Of a stretch of 64,000 nt of DNA, positions 61,801 to 64,000 are shown one piece after another; the stretch's first letter is position 1, and the number at the start of each line of letters is the position of its first letter. The stretch covers positions 38,688,001 through 38,752,000 of the forward strand of contig OZ024758.1 of NCBI GenBank assembly GCA_964016885.1, written 5' to 3'. The DNA comes from Eledone cirrhosa. Lineage: Eukaryota. The position numbers and the translations under genes were made by a program. The notes under the pieces were generated by a model. That model did not search any database. It was not told where the DNA came from and saw only the letters and a list, made by a program, of their open reading frames with translations.

Positions 61801-64000
61801 TTAAGTTCATGGTACTAGCTGTCAGAAGTAACTCCACTGTTGGTGAGAATTCATTTAAGTTCATGGTACTAGCTGTCAGAAGTAACTCCACTGTTAGTGA
61901 CAATTCATTTAAGTTCATGGTACTAGCTGTCAGAAGTAACTCCACTGTTGGTGAGAATTCATTTAAGTTCATGGTATTAGCTGTCAGAAGTAACTCCACT
62001 GTTGGTGAGAATTCATTTAAGTTCATGGTATTAGCTGTCAGAAGTAACTCCACTGTTGGTGAGAATTCATTTAAGTTCATGGTATTAGCTGTCAGAAGGA
62101 ACTCCAATGTTGGTGAGAATTCATTTAAGTCATGGTACTAGCTGTCAGAAGTAACTCCACTGTTGGTGAGAATTCATTTAAGTTCATGGTATTAGCTGTC
62201 AGAAGGAACGCCACTGTTGGTGAGAATTCATTTAAGTTCATGGTATTAGCTGTCAGAAGTAACTCCACTGTTGGTGAGAATTCATTTAAGTTCATGGTAC
62301 TAGCTGTCAGAAGTAACTCCAATGTTGGTGAGAATTCATTTAAGTTCATGGTATTAGCTGTCAGAAGGAACTCCACTGTTGGTGAGAATTCATTTAAGTT
62401 CATGGTATTAGCTGTCAGAAGTAACTCCACTGTTGGTGAGAATTCATTTAAGTTCATGGTATTAGCTGTCAGAAGGAACTACACTGTTGGTGAGAATTCA
62501 TTTAAGTTCATGGTATTAGCTGTCAGAAGTAACTCCACTGTTGGTGAGAATTCATTTAAGTTCATGGTACTAGCTGTCAGAAGTAACTCCAATGTTGGTG
62601 AGAATTCATTTAAGTTCATGGTATTAGCTGTCAGAAGGAACTCCACTGTTGGTGAGAATTCATTTAAGTTCACGGTATTAGCTGTCAGAAGTAACTCCAC
62701 TGTTGGTGAGAATTCATTTAAGTTCATGGTACTAGCTGTCAGAAGTAACTCCAATGTTGGTGAGAATTCATTTAAGTTCATGGTATTAGCTGTCAGAAGT
62801 AACTCCACTGTTGGTGAGAATTCATTTAAGTCATGGTATTAGCTGTCAGAAGTAACTCCAATGTTGGTGAGAATTCATTTAAGTTCATGGTATTAGCTGT
62901 CAGAAGTAACTCCACTGTTGGTGAGAATTCATTTAAGTTCATGGTATTAGCTGTCAGAAGTAACTCCACAGTTGGTGAGAATTCATTTAAGTTCATGGTA
63001 TTAGTTTGTCAGAAGTAACTCCACTGTTGGTGAGAATTCATTTAAGTCATGGTATTAGTTGTCAGAAGTAACTCCAATGTTGGTGAGAATTCATTTAAGT
63101 TCATGGTATTAGCTGTCAGAAGTAACTCCACTGTTGGTGAGAATTCATTTAAGTTCATGGTACTAGCTGTCAGAAGTAACTCCACTGTTGGTGAGAATTC
63201 ATTTAAGATCATGGTATTAGCTGTCAGAAGTCACTCCAATGTTGGTGAGAATTCATTGAAGTTCATGGTATTAGCTGTCAGAAGTCACTCCACTGTTGGT
63301 GAGAATTCATTTAAGTTCATGGTACTAGCTGTCAGAAGTAACCCCAATGTTGGTGAGAATTCATTTAAGTTCATGGTATTAGCTGTCAGAAGTAACTCCA
63401 CTGTTGGTGAGAATTCATTTAAGTTCATGGTATTAGCTGTCAGAAGTAACTCCACTGTTGGTGAGAATCCATTTAAGTTCATGGTATTAGCTGTCAGAAG
63501 TAACTCCACTGTTGGTGAGAATTCATTTAAGTTCATGGTATTAGCTGTCAGAAGGAACTCCAATGTTGGTGAGAATTCATTTAAGTCATGGTACTAGCTG
63601 TCAGAAGTAACTCCACTGTTGGTGAGAATTCATTTAAGTTCATGGTATTAGCTGTCAGAAGTAACTCCACTGTTGGTGAGAATTCATTTAAGTCATGGTA
63701 TTAGCTGTCAGAAGTAACTCCATTGTTGGTGTTAATTAATTTAAGTCATGGTACTAGCTGTCAGAAGTAACTCCACTGTTGGTGAGAATTCATTTAAGTT
63801 CATGGTATTAGCTGTCAGAAGGAACTCCACTGTTGGTGAGAATTCATTTAAGTTCATGGTACTAGCTGTCAGAAGGAACTCCACTGTTGGTGAGAATTCA
63901 TTTAAGTTCATGGTATTAGCTGTCAGAAGGAACGCCACTGTTGGTGAGAATTCATTTAAGTTCATGGTATTAGCTGTCAGAAGTAATTCCACTGTTGGTG
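28856..64000. repeat. 54-bp satellite array, about 650 monomers, running off the window end
   Basis: Consensus ATGGTA(T/C)TAGCTGTCAGAAGTAACTCCACTGTTGGTGAGAATTCATTTAAGTTC; 53- and 55-bp variants; EcoRI site in most units; single orientation. Confidence 0.99.

Noticed and set aside
28856-64000. Protein-coding repeat gene or CRISPR array
   Set aside because: Frequent 1-bp indel monomers break the frame; there are no unique spacers or cas genes; context is eukaryotic
28856-64000. Satellite derived from a C2H2 zinc-finger linker (VGENSFK versus TGEKPFK)
   Set aside because: Only a short resemblance; no Cys/His pattern; period is 54 rather than 84 bp

Overview
AT-rich, microsatellite- and TE-dense animal genomic DNA. 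The SINE/RTE repertoire suggests an octopus-like cephalopod (inference). Positions 1-10830 carry five tandem + strand exons, each encoding one 8-Cys EGF-like repeat of a MEGF10/11/CED-1-type protein. The four complete exons are exactly 138 bp and phase 1-1. No further exon is visible, so the rest of the window is probably one intron of more than 53 kb. The introns hold hAT, piggyBac and Tc1/mariner MITEs, a Tc1/mariner transposase fragment, tRNA-derived SINEs, two large decayed RTE LINEs, CR1-like 3' ends, a 5S rRNA fragment, several minisatellites and long inverted repeats. They also hold a near-complete Rep/Pif1 Helitron joined head-to-tail to a mini-Helitron. From about 28856 to the window end lies a homogeneous 54-bp satellite of more than 35 kb (about 650 monomers) with nested higher-order duplications. 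The most notable observations are three mirror-nested inverted TE pairs around exons 3-4, the intronic satellite whose monomer carries a splice-donor-like motif, and the Helitron CTAG|TC junction with four in-frame TGA stops.
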